From the NCBI GenBank assembly GCA_964016885.1, contig OZ024741.1:105090001-105154000 (forward strand): a stretch of 64,000 nt of DNA. Direction: 5' to 3'. Every line of letters starts with the position of its first letter. The stretch's first letter is position 1. Below are positions 18,001-30,100 of this stretch, in pieces. The DNA is from Eledone cirrhosa. Lineage: Eukaryota. The translations under genes were made by a program, and so were the position numbers. The notes under the pieces are model-generated. The model did not search any database. It was not told the DNA's origin and saw only the letters and a program-made list of their open reading frames with translations.

Positions 18001-20390
18001 AACACCAGCCCCACCAACACCAGCACCACCAACACCACCAACACCAGCACCACCAACACCAGCACCACCAACACCAACACCACCAACACCACCACCACCA
18101 ACACCAGCACCACCAACACCAACACCACCAACACCAACACCAGCACCACCAACACCAACACCAGCACCACCAACACCACCAACACCAGCACCACCAACAC
18201 CAACACCACCAACACCAGCACCACCAACACAATCACCACCAACACCAGCACCACCAACACCAGCACCACCAACACCAACACCACCAACACCACCACCACC
18301 AACACCAACACCAGCACCACCAGCACCAACACCACAATCACCACCAACACCAGCAACACCAACACCTGCACCACCAACACCAGCACCACCAACACCATCA
18401 CCACCAACAGCATCAACACCAGCAACACCAACACCAGCACCACCAACACCAGCACCACCAACAGCATCAACACCAGCAACACCAACACCAGCACCACCAA
18501 CACCATCACCACCAACAGCATCAACACCAGCAACACCAACACCAGCACCACCAACACCATCACCACCAACAGCATCAACACCAGCAACACCAACACCAGC
18601 AACACCAACACCTGCACCACCAACACCAGCACCACCAACACCATCACCACCAACAGCATCAACACCAGCAACACCAACACCTGCACCACCAACACCAGCA
18701 CCACCAACACCATCACCACCAACAGCATCAACACCAGCAACACCAACACCTGCACCACCAACACCAGCACCACCAACACCATCACCACCAACAGCATCAA
18801 CACCAGCAACACCAACACCAGCACCACCGACACCAGCACCACCAACACCACCAACACCAACACCACCAACACCAGCAACACCAACACCAGCACCACCAAC
18901 ACCAACACCAACACCACCAACACCAACACCACCAACACCAACACCAACAACACCAGCAACACCAACACAAGCACTACCAACACCAACACCACCAACACCA
19001 ACACCACCAACACCAACACCACCAACACCAGCACCAGCACCACCAACACCAACAACACCAACTCCACCAACACCAACACCACCAACACCAGCACCAGCAC
19101 CACCAACACCAACACCAGCACCACCAAAACCAACAACACCAGCAACACCAACACCAGCACCACCAACACCAGCACCACCAACACCAGCACCACCAACACC
19201 AACACCACCAACACCAGCACCACCAACACCACCAACACCAGCACCACCAACACCAGCACCACCAACACCAACACCAGCAACACCAGCACCACCAACACCA
19301 CCAACACCAACACCACCAACACCAGCCCCCCCCCCCCCCCCCAACACCACCAACACCAACACCCCCAACACCAGCACCACCAACACCACCAACACCAACA
19401 CCACCAACACCAACACCACCAACACCACCAACACCAACACCACCAACACCAACACCACCAACACCACCAACACCAGCACCACCAACACCAGCACCACCAA
19501 CACCAGCACCACCAACACCACCAACACCAACACCACCAACACCAACACCACCAACACCACCAACACCAGCACCACCAACACCAGCACCACCAACACCAGC
19601 ACCACCAACACCAACACCCCCAACACCAGCACCACCAACACCACCAACACCAGCACCACCAACACCAGCACCACCAACACCACCAACACCAACACCACCA
19701 ACACCACCATACGAACACCACCAACACCAACACCACCAACACCACCAACACCAGCACCACCAACACCACCAACACCAGCACCACCAACACCACCAACACC
19801 AGCACCACCAACACCAGCACCACCAACACCACCAACACCAACACCACCAACACCACCAACACGAACACCACCAACACCAACACCACCAACACCACCAACA
19901 CCAGCACCACCAACACCACCAACACCAGCACCACCAACACCAGCACCACCAACACCACCAACACCAACACCACCAACACCACCAACACGAACACCACCAA
20001 CACCAACACCACCAACACCACCAACACCAGCACCACCAACACCACCAACACCAGCACCACCAACACCAGTTCCACCAACACCTGCACCGCCAAGACCAGC
20101 ACCACCAACACCAATATTAGCACCACCATCACCACAGCACCAGCACCACCAACACCACCAACACCAGCACCACCAACACCACCAACACTATCACCACCAA
20201 CACCAGTTCCACCAACACCAGCACCGCCAGCACCAGCACCACCAACACCAATATTAGCACCACCATCACCACAGCACCAGCACCACCAACACTAGCAACA
20301 CCAACACCGTTACCACAACCACCAACACCACCATTGACACTACTACCAGCACCATCAACACCCAGCACTGCCACCAAACCACCAGCACCA
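1..20390. repeat. Giant triplet-phased ACC/AAC/AGC satellite-like array (runs off window start)
   Basis: Plus strand is almost only A/C and built from acc, aac, agc triplets. All minus-strand W/C ORFs from 552 to 14724 share one frame, so phase is unbroken to ~14965. Phase shifts at ~14965, ~19327-19342 (poly-C), ~19710 and ~20135. Confidence 0.95.
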
Positions 20391-20654
20391 CCTTCTCAAC
20401 AATTGTTGATACTATCATTGTAATAAGTCAGACATACACATATATTCATATGGTGATATATTCTAAAGAGAAACATAAACGCTCACGCGCATACACACGC
20501 ACACACACACACATACACACACAAACACACACACACATAGACACATACGCACACACTCTCACACACACTACTCCTCTCATTCATATTGTGTTTCGCCGCC
20601 CACGCTCTGCTATCTTCTATCTATCTATCTTTCTATCTATCTATCTACCTATCT

Positions 20655-21195
20655 ATGATCAAGCCGCCTCCCCCCTTCAAAGATGAAGCAGAGGCGGTGT
20701 TTCTGTGCGTAATAGCCATGGCGAAAGAGGTTGTATGGTGGACGCGTCTGAAAGGACTGAGGTCAGGCACCTTTCTCTCTGGCCAACAACTGGTCCGTTT
20801 CTTCCGATATCATTTCGGAAGAAGGATCAGGATGGAGAGAGAGGTGCTCCACCCCAGTCGTTTTTATGAAAGGTGGGTGAAAGTGGCGAGAATGGCCCGT
20901 GTGAATGGGCCTTCTCTTTACATAAGCCTGTAGGTGGAAAGGAGGAAGGAACGAGGGAGCACCCTCTCTCTGTGCTCCTGAGGAAAAGGGTTGCACACTT
21001 TTTTCGGGGGTGTGTGCGACCCCCCAAGGCGCCTTCTCTCTATTGAGGATTTTGTTATAAATTTTATTTTTTGTTATATTTTATTTTATTTTTATATTTT
21101 GTTATTGCCTCCTCCTTATTGAGGACGCCTTTTTGTGTAAACTCCCCCCTTTGTACTTGTCCCACTTTTGATGCCCTGGTGGCAAATAAAAGAAA
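20655..21195 (+). mobile_element. 3' fragment of Tx1/L1-type non-LTR retrotransposon (ORF2 C-terminus + 3' UTR)
   Basis: IKPPPPFKDEAEAVFLCVIAMAKEVVWWTRLKGL matches the C-terminus of the element at 31360-31640. Ends gtggcaaataaaagaaa like that element. Flanked on both sides by (TATC)n. Confidence 0.85.
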
Positions 21196-21197
21196 CA

Positions 21198-21243
<46 letters not shown>

Positions 21244-21445
21244 AATAAAGAAATCTATCTATCTATTCCCCTTCTTTTGTTCCCCTGTGGCTAATAAAGA
21301 AACATATCTATCTATCTGTCAGTCTATCTACCTACCTATCTTTCTTTATTTCTATCTATATCTGCCTATTTATCTATCTATCTACCTTTCTACCTAACTA
21401 TTTACATCTATCTATCTATCTATCTATCTATCTATATATATATAA

Positions 21446-21536
<91 letters not shown>

Positions 21537-21687
21537 TAGATATATATACATATATATATATGTAGGAGGTGAGTTTTATTGTAGTACAATAAAGCAATGC
21601 AGATATCGGATAAGAAGCACTCTACAGTTTGTAGGACTGGAGTATACATAATATATAAGATCAAAAGATGGTTAAAAGAGTTCCATG

Positions 21688-21755
21688 TATTTTATTATGC
21701 GCATTTCAAAAACAAATATCATGCAATAATATTTGTGTTTTCATCAGATAAAATA
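21688..21755 (-). ncRNA. Minimal type I hammerhead ribozyme
   Basis: tattttat CTGATGA aaacacaaatat...atatttgttttt GAAA tgcgca TA ataaaata: 8-bp stem I, palindromic stem III. Confidence 0.85.
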
Positions 21756-22650
21756 GGAAGACATGATATGAAGGTTAAAAACCACTCGTGAATAGTGCAG
21801 TTTTAAATCAACATATGAAAAGTAGTTTTAGATTGATGTGTGATATTGGGAAAAAAATGTTTGAGGGGGGTGGGGGTGGAAAGGATGAAAAGAAGAGATG
21901 AGAATAAAAAGTGGAGGGGGAGGAGTATAATGAGGAAGGATGAGATAGGAGGAGAGATGGGTGATAGAGAGAGAGAGATAGCTTTTATAACTGAGAAAAA
22001 TATATTGTTTTAGATAGAGAGGTTGAAAAACCGTTGGAAGATAATGTATAAATTAAAAGAATTTGAAAATTAACGAAGAGAAAAAATAATGTAAAGTTAA
22101 GGTTTGTATATTGAAGGGTTTAATAATATGTGCGATGGAAAGAAAATGTTAATATGTATTAAGAATAATATTTAAGGGTTTAATAATATGTGCGATGGAA
22201 AGAAAATGTTGATATGTATTATTAAAAAAACACAAGTAATGTAAGTAAGGATATATTGTGAGATGAGCATGAGTAAGTTAGATGAAAAGGAGAAAAAATA
22301 ATGAATTGAGGATGAATAATCTAACGTCAAAAAAATGTTTATGTTTACGAAGGATTTTTTCAAGGTGATATAAAGTAAGAATATATTGTATTGTGTAATA
22401 ATTGTTTCAATGTTAGGCACAGTGAGAAAAGGTACAGATTAGGGGTTAGAAATTAAAAGAAAAGAAAAGAAAAGGAAAAGGAAGAAAGGGAAGTGATAAA
22501 TAAGAGTGATATAGAATGAGTAACAAGTATTATATAATGTATAATAAATAACTTTGAAATAAGGTAGAAAGATGGGTATATTTTTAAAGAAGTATATATA
22601 TATATATGTGCCTTTGAGAAAAGGATTCTAAATTGATAAAGTATTGGATA

Positions 22651-24018
22651 TTAGCTGTATACTTTATGGAATGTTCTGTGGAATTTATGCAAGCAGAGAG
22701 AAAACAAGTCAGTGCGTCTATTTATTATAGAATCTAAATTAGATATAATGGTAAATTTTTCATTTAGACAGAGATTGCAAGTCTTGGATAGAGAACTGAT
22801 CAAGTATGGAGAAGCAGAAGAAACCTTTTTCCAAGAGATGTTATATTTAATATTTTTGTCTTTCAAGGACCATATGAGTTCTGAGAGTGCCGTGTTGGTT
22901 CTTTTAAGTTGGTATTTAAAAGACGAATGATGATTATAAAGACGAGCTTTAAAGGAGGTGGAAGTGGAGCCAAAATAGGTGAAGGAATTGGTGTCAGTTA
23001 TAACTTTACATTCGTAGATTAAGTTTTTATCAAGACAATGGTTGTTGAGAGGACATTTATTTTTAACAGGGCAATTGCAATTGCGATTAGAGAGATTATT
23101 AACGAGTGACCTAGTGTTATCTATAGAAGGAATTGGATTGAAGAAGTTATTTGCGATAGGAATAATAGTTTCTTGATTTAGAATGGGATTAAGAACATTT
23201 AGCGAAGTTGTGTTTGACGTTGTATTTGGGTTTGCAGAAATTAGCCTAGAGTTTACAATGACGTCGGGAGTACTATTACTATTATTATGATATTCAGTGT
23301 TGGAAGGAAGAGATTTAGTATTTAGTATTTTATTGTTGTGTTTAGAGATAATGTTGGAAATGTTGGAGGATGTCGAATAGGAAAATTTTATAGTGTGTTT
23401 GTTAAATATTTTACTATAGATATGTGAGGGAGGGAAGCATTTATTTAAGGCACTAAAGAATAATTTAGGAATATTATTATTAATAGAGATGGAGAAAGGA
23501 GCATTATACCAGATTATGTTTTTGTATCTAGGTCTTTTATTAAAGTTATTGGAATGATCATGATTAATTATTCTACTGTAAGATCTTCTAGAATTTGTTT
23601 CTTTACTATATTTGATTTTATCAGGATAGCCGGCTTTAGAAAGCGCGTTATTATAGTAATTGGCGTTAGCATCAAAGATATTTTTATTAGAAGATAGGTT
23701 AGATATTCTTTTTCCAATATTACTAACTATAGCATTCTTAATATTAGTGGGGTGGTTAGATCCAAAATTAACATAATTTAGGGTCTCATTGTTTTTATGG
23801 TAAGGGTAATATAGGCCAGTGTCAATATTAAGAGATACATCCAAGAAATTAGCTAGTTTGATGCTGTTATCAAATTCAATTTTTAAGTTATGTTGGTTAA
23901 AGAGATTACGTATATTGTTCTTAATAATATTAAGGTTAACTATGTTGCAATTTAAGATAGTAAAGAGTCCATCGTCACGATAAATTCCACCGCGAAGTTG
24001 AGGAATTTTCCGACTCAT
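22651..24018 (-). CDS. PLE reverse transcriptase C-terminal half + GIY-YIG endonuclease (5'-truncated, Naiad-like Cys motifs)
   Basis: GIYRDDGL, NFLDVSL, YVNFGSNHP, CNC-x4-CPL-x3-CL, LIYECKV...YFGST...FKARLYNH, CNLCLNEK...CLHK. The initial ATG comes from the inverted pLTR and is not a native start. Confidence 0.88.
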   Translation of the reverse strand: MSRKIPQLRGGIYRDDGLFTILNCNIVNLNIIKNNIRNLFNQHNLKIEFDNSIKLANFLDVSLNIDTGLYYPYHKNNETLNYVNFGSNHPTNIKNAIVSNIGKRISNLSSNKNIFDANANYYNNALSKAGYPDKIKYSKETNSRRSYSRIINHDHSNNFNKRPRYKNIIWYNAPFSISINNNIPKLFFSALNKCFPPSHIYSKIFNKHTIKFSYSTSSNISNIISKHNNKILNTKSLPSNTEYHNNSNSTPDVIVNSRLISANPNTTSNTTSLNVLNPILNQETIIPIANNFFNPIPSIDNTRSLVNNLSNRNCNCPVKNKCPLNNHCLDKNLIYECKVITDTNSFTYFGSTSTSFKARLYNHHSSFKYQLKRTNTALSELIWSLKDKNIKYNISWKKVSSASPYLISSLSKTCNLCLNEKFTIISNLDSIINRRTDLFSLCLHKFHRTFHKVYS

Positions 24019-24201
24019 TATACTCCCCCTCCTCCACTTTTTACTCTCATCTCCTCCTCTTTTTCATCCTTTCCAACCTCCCCCCCCCCCCTCAAACATT
24101 TTTTTTCCCAATATCACACATCAATCTAAAACTACTTTTCATATGTTGATTTAAAACTGCACTATTCACAAGTGTTTTTTAACCTTCATATTATGTCTTC
24201 C

Positions 24202-24272
24202 TATTTTATCTGATGAAAACACAAATATTATTGCATGATGATATTTGTTTTTGAAATGAGCATAATAAAATA
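24202..24272 (+). ncRNA. Minimal type I hammerhead ribozyme (inverted pLTR copy)
   Basis: tattttat CTGATGA ...stem II... GAAA tgagca TA ataaaata. Stem III palindrome broken by one substitution. Confidence 0.8.
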
Positions 24273-24414
24273 CATGGAACTCTTTTAACCATCTTTTGAT
24301 CTTATATATTATACATATATATATGTCTGTATGTCTATCTATCTATCTACAATCAATATATCTATCTATCTTTCTGTCTGGCTGTCTAGATATCTATCTA
24401 TCTATCCTTATTAA

Positions 24415-24510
24415 TAACTGTTTCTACTTTAGGCACAAGGCCAGCAATAAACCAGTGCATTACTGGTACTTTATTTTATCGACCCCGTAAGGATGAAAGG
24501 CAAAGGCAAG
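24415..24510 (-). mobile_element. SINE fragment (family A)
   Basis: ggcacaaggccagcaa...actggtactttattttatcgaccccgtaaggatgaaaggcaaag, shared with copies at 25632, 51718 and 61705. Confidence 0.75.
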
Positions 24511-24639
24511 CTATATCTGGCAATATCCGACAACAGCAACTACTACTCCTGATGATGATACTGCTGCTGCTGCCGCTGTTACGACCACCACCAACTCCAT
24601 TCCCGCAAACAAGATCAGCAGCGTAACAATGCGACTTAT

Positions 24640-25035
24640 TGCCACCAGCATCACCTGCAGCACTACCACCACCACCACCACCAACAACAACAACACCGCC
24701 ACCACCAACACTTCCAACACCACCACTACCACCACCACCACCACCAACAGCACCACCACCATCACCACCACCACAACCAACACCACCACAACTACCACCA
24801 ACACCACCACCACCAACAACAACAACAACACCACCACCACCAACACTACCAACACCACCACTACCACCACCACCAACAACAACAACATCACCACCACCAT
24901 CACCACCACTACAACCAACACCACCACCACCATTACCACCAACACCACCAACAACAACAACAACAACAACACCACCACCACCACCACCACCAACACCACC
25001 ACCACTGACACCAACACCACCACCACCACCACCAA
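24640..25035. repeat. Mixed (ACC)/(AAC) trinucleotide microsatellite
   Basis: Degenerate acc/aac/act triplets. The poly-T/N, poly-P and poly-V ORFs are repeat translations. Confidence 0.9.
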
Positions 25036-25631
25036 TGAGTCAGTGTGATGTTGTAATTAGCCAGCGCCAGTCCATCGATTAACAAACGATTGGTGCTTAG
25101 TCAACAAAGATGAAAAGTTAATATTTATTAGAAGAGATTGGAATGAGAGAGAAGTAAAAAATATGCACAAAACAACACCTCCTCCATCCCCGATACCACC
25201 GTCACCACCAACAACAACAACTAGATAAACAGAAACATGAAATTATGAAGGGAAATTCATTAAGACGAAGTAAACGACGTCTCCAGGTGACGAATTAATA
25301 AGAGCTATTCCATTGTCCAGTTTATCACCACCACCTGGATGTTGAGTGTCTTTAGCGGAGTTCCCTCTGGTTTGAGGGCTTTCTGGGTACTTTCATTCAC
25401 CCCTGTCTCACATCAGTGTGTAAAGACACCTCTACATTTGCTGTCATATGATGGCATTGCTAGTGAGAGGAGTCAAGTGTTTCAATAAACATACTAGTAG
25501 CGGTACCCGGCTTGAATATACATTCTTCCATCCATATCCCCACTAGTCATAGGGGCCTTGAATATGGTCATAGGCGTTGTCTCCCACCCTCACCCCTCCT
25601 CCTTCCCTAATCACTGCTCTCGAAGCAAATA

Positions 25632-25837
25632 ATAATAATAATGGTTTCCTATATAGGCACAAGGCCAGCAATTTTGGGGGAGGGGAAAGTCGATTGAATC
25701 GACCCCAGTGCATTACTGGTGCTTTATTTTATCGACCCCGTAAGGATGAAAGGCAAAGTTAACCTCGGCAAGATTTGAACTCAGATCATAAAGAGCCGTA
25801 ACTCTATACTGCAAAGCATAGCGTCCGATATTGCCAA
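25632..25837 (-). mobile_element. tRNA-derived SINE (family A)
   Basis: Minus strand has a box B-like gagttcaaatc, the conserved core and an (ATT)n tail. Confidence 0.8.
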
Positions 25838-26294
25838 TCAATAATACAACTATGAATAATTAAGGATTGTTTCATACTACAGCAAGCTAGATTAAAAATA
25901 AGAAAAATATGTTTTTCGTTTCTCTCTCGAACGTTTTCACTGATTCACATATTGTTCTGGTTGTTCAATCTAGCTTGGTGTAGTACGAATCATTCATATT
26001 CATTTACTTATATTTTTATTATTAATTCATATGTCCTCAACTTCTTTAATCCATTCTTTTTCCTGGCGAGATTTTAAAAGAGAAATCAATGTGTAATCTA
26101 TCTAATTAATTATTAATTACTTGTAAATTTATCTTGAAATGATCGTAGAAAAATGAGTGTTTTGAATTGAGGGAGTAAATCTGTGGTTATTTTCTTTAAA
26201 GCGTATCTATGAACGCCACAGAAATATGTATTACAGCAGATTATGAATAAAACGTATTATGAATATATATATATATATCTGTGTGTGTGTGTGT

Positions 26295-26390
<96 letters not shown>

Positions 26391-26468
26391 GGTTGACAGA
26401 AATAACACAATCGGTACAGTACATGGAAGGAATATATTAAGTTAACGCTTGAACTAGCAGGAAGAGGG

Positions 26469-26504
26469 CTTAACGTTTCAGACGCTAGTCTCCTTCATCA
26501 GAAG
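26469..26504 (-). ncRNA. Minimal hammerhead ribozyme in a pLTR-like fragment (~26385-26530)
   Basis: ctt CTGATGA agg agac tagc gtct GAAA cg TT aag, with palindromic aacgtt. Downstream sequence is homologous to 54470-54565. Confidence 0.65.
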
Positions 26505-26782
26505 AAAGAATGAGAAATAAAATAGATTGAAGGGACGGACCGGTTGGAATTGGAAAAAATGTCTTGAGATAAAAATAACAGGTTCATTCATGTTGACATC
26601 TCTTGGAAAACTGTTGATGCTGGCGTTTTGTGTATGATTTATTTATTTTTAGAAAAGTGGATGATGGAGCGCGTCTACCTGAAATGGAAAAAAAAACATT
26701 TTGGAAACAGAGCAATACTTGTAAGCGTGCGTATGCATGTGTGTGTGTGTAGGGCGGGGGGGGGGGTTATATATATATATAT

Positions 26783-26869
<87 letters not shown>

Positions 26870-26871
<2 letters not shown>

Positions 26872-26942
26872 TAAAAGGAAAAGAAAGTGCTGACAAATTT
26901 TTCACTGGGAAAAATTTGTCACCACTTTCTTTTCCTTTTACT
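26870..26942. repeat. Hairpin, 34-bp arms, 5-nt loop
   Basis: agtaaaaggaaaagaaagtgctgacaaatttttc actgg gaaaaatttgtcaccactttcttttccttttact, one mismatch. Lies between (TA)n tracts. Confidence 0.9.
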
Positions 26943-26966
26943 CGTGTGTTACACGTCTATTTTTTT

Positions 26967-27028
<62 letters not shown>

Positions 27029-27039
27029 TAACAGATTAA

Positions 27040-27090
27040 AGTTTAAGTAAAGAATCGCTGCTTTCACCATTAACGGGATCTTCTGAAACT
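27040..27090 (-). ncRNA. Hammerhead-like motif with variant core CAGAAGA
   Basis: agttt CAGAAGA tcccgttaatggt GAAA gcagcgattctttac TT aaact. Second copy at 51059-51109. Confidence 0.5.
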
Positions 27091-27145
27091 AAATATTTGC
27101 TCACGGTTCTTATATATTTGATATATATTTATCCTTATCGAGCCT

Positions 27146-30100
27146 TCTTTAGAAAGCCAATAATTGTGAGTCAAGCAGACATAGAAGCCACCTTGAAAGA
27201 GACTCTAGCAAATATTAACTTTCTCCAACGAGGAAAACATTTCGGTAGAGGGGCGTAAATTTCATTGCTTTCGCTGTGGTAGCACAGTACACCTAAAAGC
27301 CTCCAGTCCTTCACAAACACACCACAACATCATTAAAAAAACACTATTACCAACACCAAAACAACCACCACCACAAGTACAACAACAGACGAAACGAGCA
27401 AACACACCAAAACAAACAGCCACTCAACCAACAACAACAGAAAAAACACAGACAACACCCCTGAAGAACACAGCCCCACCCCATCACACTCCATCAAACA
27501 CTACCACAAACACACACACCGAAACACGACCACCACACAACATACCCCTAACCCACACTCCTGACGATGATTATTCATTAACAGATGAGAATGCTTCTCC
27601 TTCTTTAAGTGAAGAAGAAGGAGAGCCTCGGAAATCTAAAAAAACAAAAAAAGAGACACCACAAACCCCCAAAACTCCAATCACCAACACTAACACACAA
27701 CCACAGACACAAACAACAACACAAACAACACCACAGTCAAACATCCCCCTACCAGCAAAACCAACACGAACACCACCCCAAACACCCACCATAAAAAGAA
27801 AACTCCCGGACGAACAACACACTAAAACAACACAACAAAAACACAAACAACAATACGCATACATCAACACAAACAACAAGAGTTTGATGGAGGTCATCTC
27901 CCAAAACCCCAAGGTGGAGACGGAGGGCAAAACTTTCGTCAAAGCAGAATCGTCTCCACACCTAAAACTAATAAGGGTTTCGATAGAAACCTATCAGAAA
28001 TTGAAAGAACAATTTTCGCAGGATGTTGGCAACCCCTGTCAAAAACCTATTAACCGCGTCTTATTAAAATGTTTCCTCACCCCACCCAACACCCCCGCCA
28101 GAACTGAAATGGAGATTGAACAACCCGATCTCCAGGAAACGAAAAGGTAAGTGCACCTTTTCGTCCTTTTCGTCAACTCTTCTCCACCAACGTGGCTAGT
28201 TTACGAGTAGGAAGCCTGAATGTGCGTGGACTAGGGATGTCCTGGAAAAAGGGCCAACTTTTAAACGACCTTAGGTCATATGGTATGGTTGTGATAACCA
28301 TCACCGAGTCCAGGATCCACAACAGGCAGCAACTAACCCCCATCTTCGACGACTTTGAGATCTACGCATCTCTCTGTCAGCCAGGAGGTGGAGGTGGAGT
28401 GGATGTCATGTTTCGGAAGAACCTGGACGTCGAATTACAGCAAGTACACTTGGACCCGGAGGGTAGACTGGTAGTCCTAGACGTGAACAGTATTGGAGGT
28501 GGAGCCTTCAGACTGGTGGCCGTTAATGCCCGACCGGGCAATCGCAATCACGGCCAGACTTTTTTAAGCGTCTAGAGTCTTTTCTGGGAACGTCTCGCTC
28601 CTTACTTTTAGTGGGGGACTGGAATGGTATCCTAGATGCACGATGGGACTATGTGGGAGCATGTCCCAGTAGAGGGGGCTGCAACAGCCTCAAAACTTTA
28701 ATCGGCCAATTCCAACTAGCCGATAGGTATCGGCTGGATTTCCCGACTGCAGCACAGTGGACGTGGGCAAACCGCAGCGGGACATCTAAATCGTATTTAG
28801 ATAGGTTCTTCATTAGAGAAAGGGACAACGAGATGTTAAGCTGTCCACGAATGCACATGGTTGCCTATTCAGATCACAAATTAGTCGTCTGCATAGTCAA
28901 CCGTGACAGAACACATAGACAGAGCCCCGGATACTGGAAGCTGAACATGTCGTTGCCGGCACGTAAAGCTTACAGTGAACGGATAAGTAGACTAGTCAAG
29001 CAACAGTTAACGGGAGCCATCGTCAACAATAGATGGTGGTACTCTCTCAAGAAAGCAATTAGAGTAGAATCGATAGGGTTTAGCAGAGAGTTAGCTTTAG
29101 AGAAAAACAAAATAGAAAGAGAACTAGTAGCCAAGGTAGAGGAGGCACTTAGAAGTGGCAACGCGGCTAGAATGTTAGCGTCGAGAATGGCACTGGACCA
29201 GTTCTTCTATGCGAAACACGAAGCCTGCGTGGTCAGAAGCAAAACACGTGCTCTATGAAATGAAGGAGCGAAAGCTGTCAGCTGGGCACGAGTGGCGAAG
29301 GTAAAAAGTGGCAACAAGTCCACAATTCGGTCTTTGAAAGACCAAAACGGACGCGAGCTACTTGACCCCAAGTAAATGTGCGCGGCCTTTCGGCAGAACT
29401 TTGCGCGACTGTTTGAGCAGAACGACGGTGAGCGGACCGGAGCAATGGACTTTAGTTCATACCTCGACGGCCTGCCGCGTCTCTCGAACACGGACGCCGA
29501 GTTCTGCGAAAGACCGATCACGGACACTGAGATACGGGACGCTCTGGGCCGCTGCCGGAAACGCAAGTCACCCGGTCTAGATGGTCTACCCTATGAGTTT
29601 TACATAGGCATGCCGGACTTGTTCTCTGGCGTCCTCGAAGCCGTCTACTGTAATTGGCAGCAGAACGGGAGAATTCCCAGTTCTGCAAGCAAGGGCGTAG
29701 TAACGCTGATCAGGAAAGACGAGAACAAGGGGGACGAAATTAACAACTTCAGGCCCATAACTCTGCTCAACACAGAGTTAAAGATTTTGGCCAAGGTGCT
29801 AGCGACGAGGTTGTCGCTTGTCGTCGAGAACCTGGTACGGAAAGCGCAAACGTGTGCAATACCGACCAGGTCCATATCGATAACCTCCACCTCATGCGAT
29901 ACATCACAGAGAGGGTGGGTAGTAAACCCGGCTTCGGTGGGGCTCTGATCAATATGGATCAGTCTAAGGCATTCGATAGGGTTGATCATCGATACTTGGA
30001 AGCGGTTCTCAAGGCGGCCGGTTTCGGTCCCGTTTTCAGAGGCTGGATCGAGGCGATGCACACCAGCATCTGCTCGAGGGTCAAGGTGAACGGCTACTTA

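Larger units (their letters stand above)
21565..24311 (-). mobile_element. 5'-truncated Penelope-like element with inverted pLTR
   Basis: RT plus GIY-YIG ORF. Inverted repeat 21649-21934 / 24014-24311, each arm carrying a hammerhead. Extra single-copy tail ~21565-21648. Microsatellite flanks. Confidence 0.9.

Noticed and set aside
552-20377. Trp/Cys-rich and Val/Leu-rich minus-strand ORFs, including the 1803-aa ORF
   Set aside because: Translations of the satellite's reverse strand. Composition switches at phase breaks and there is no domain.
1-20390. Telomeric repeat
   Set aside because: C-rich polarity fits a left end, but no TTAGGG/CCCTAA units are present and unit length is irregular.
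22113-22225. ~50-bp direct duplication in the PLE 3' region
   Set aside because: Local tandem duplication with no evident function.
25494-25512. Helitron 3' end on minus (gccgggtaccgctactag)
   Set aside because: Resembles 38654-38671 but is too short, and no 5' end was found.
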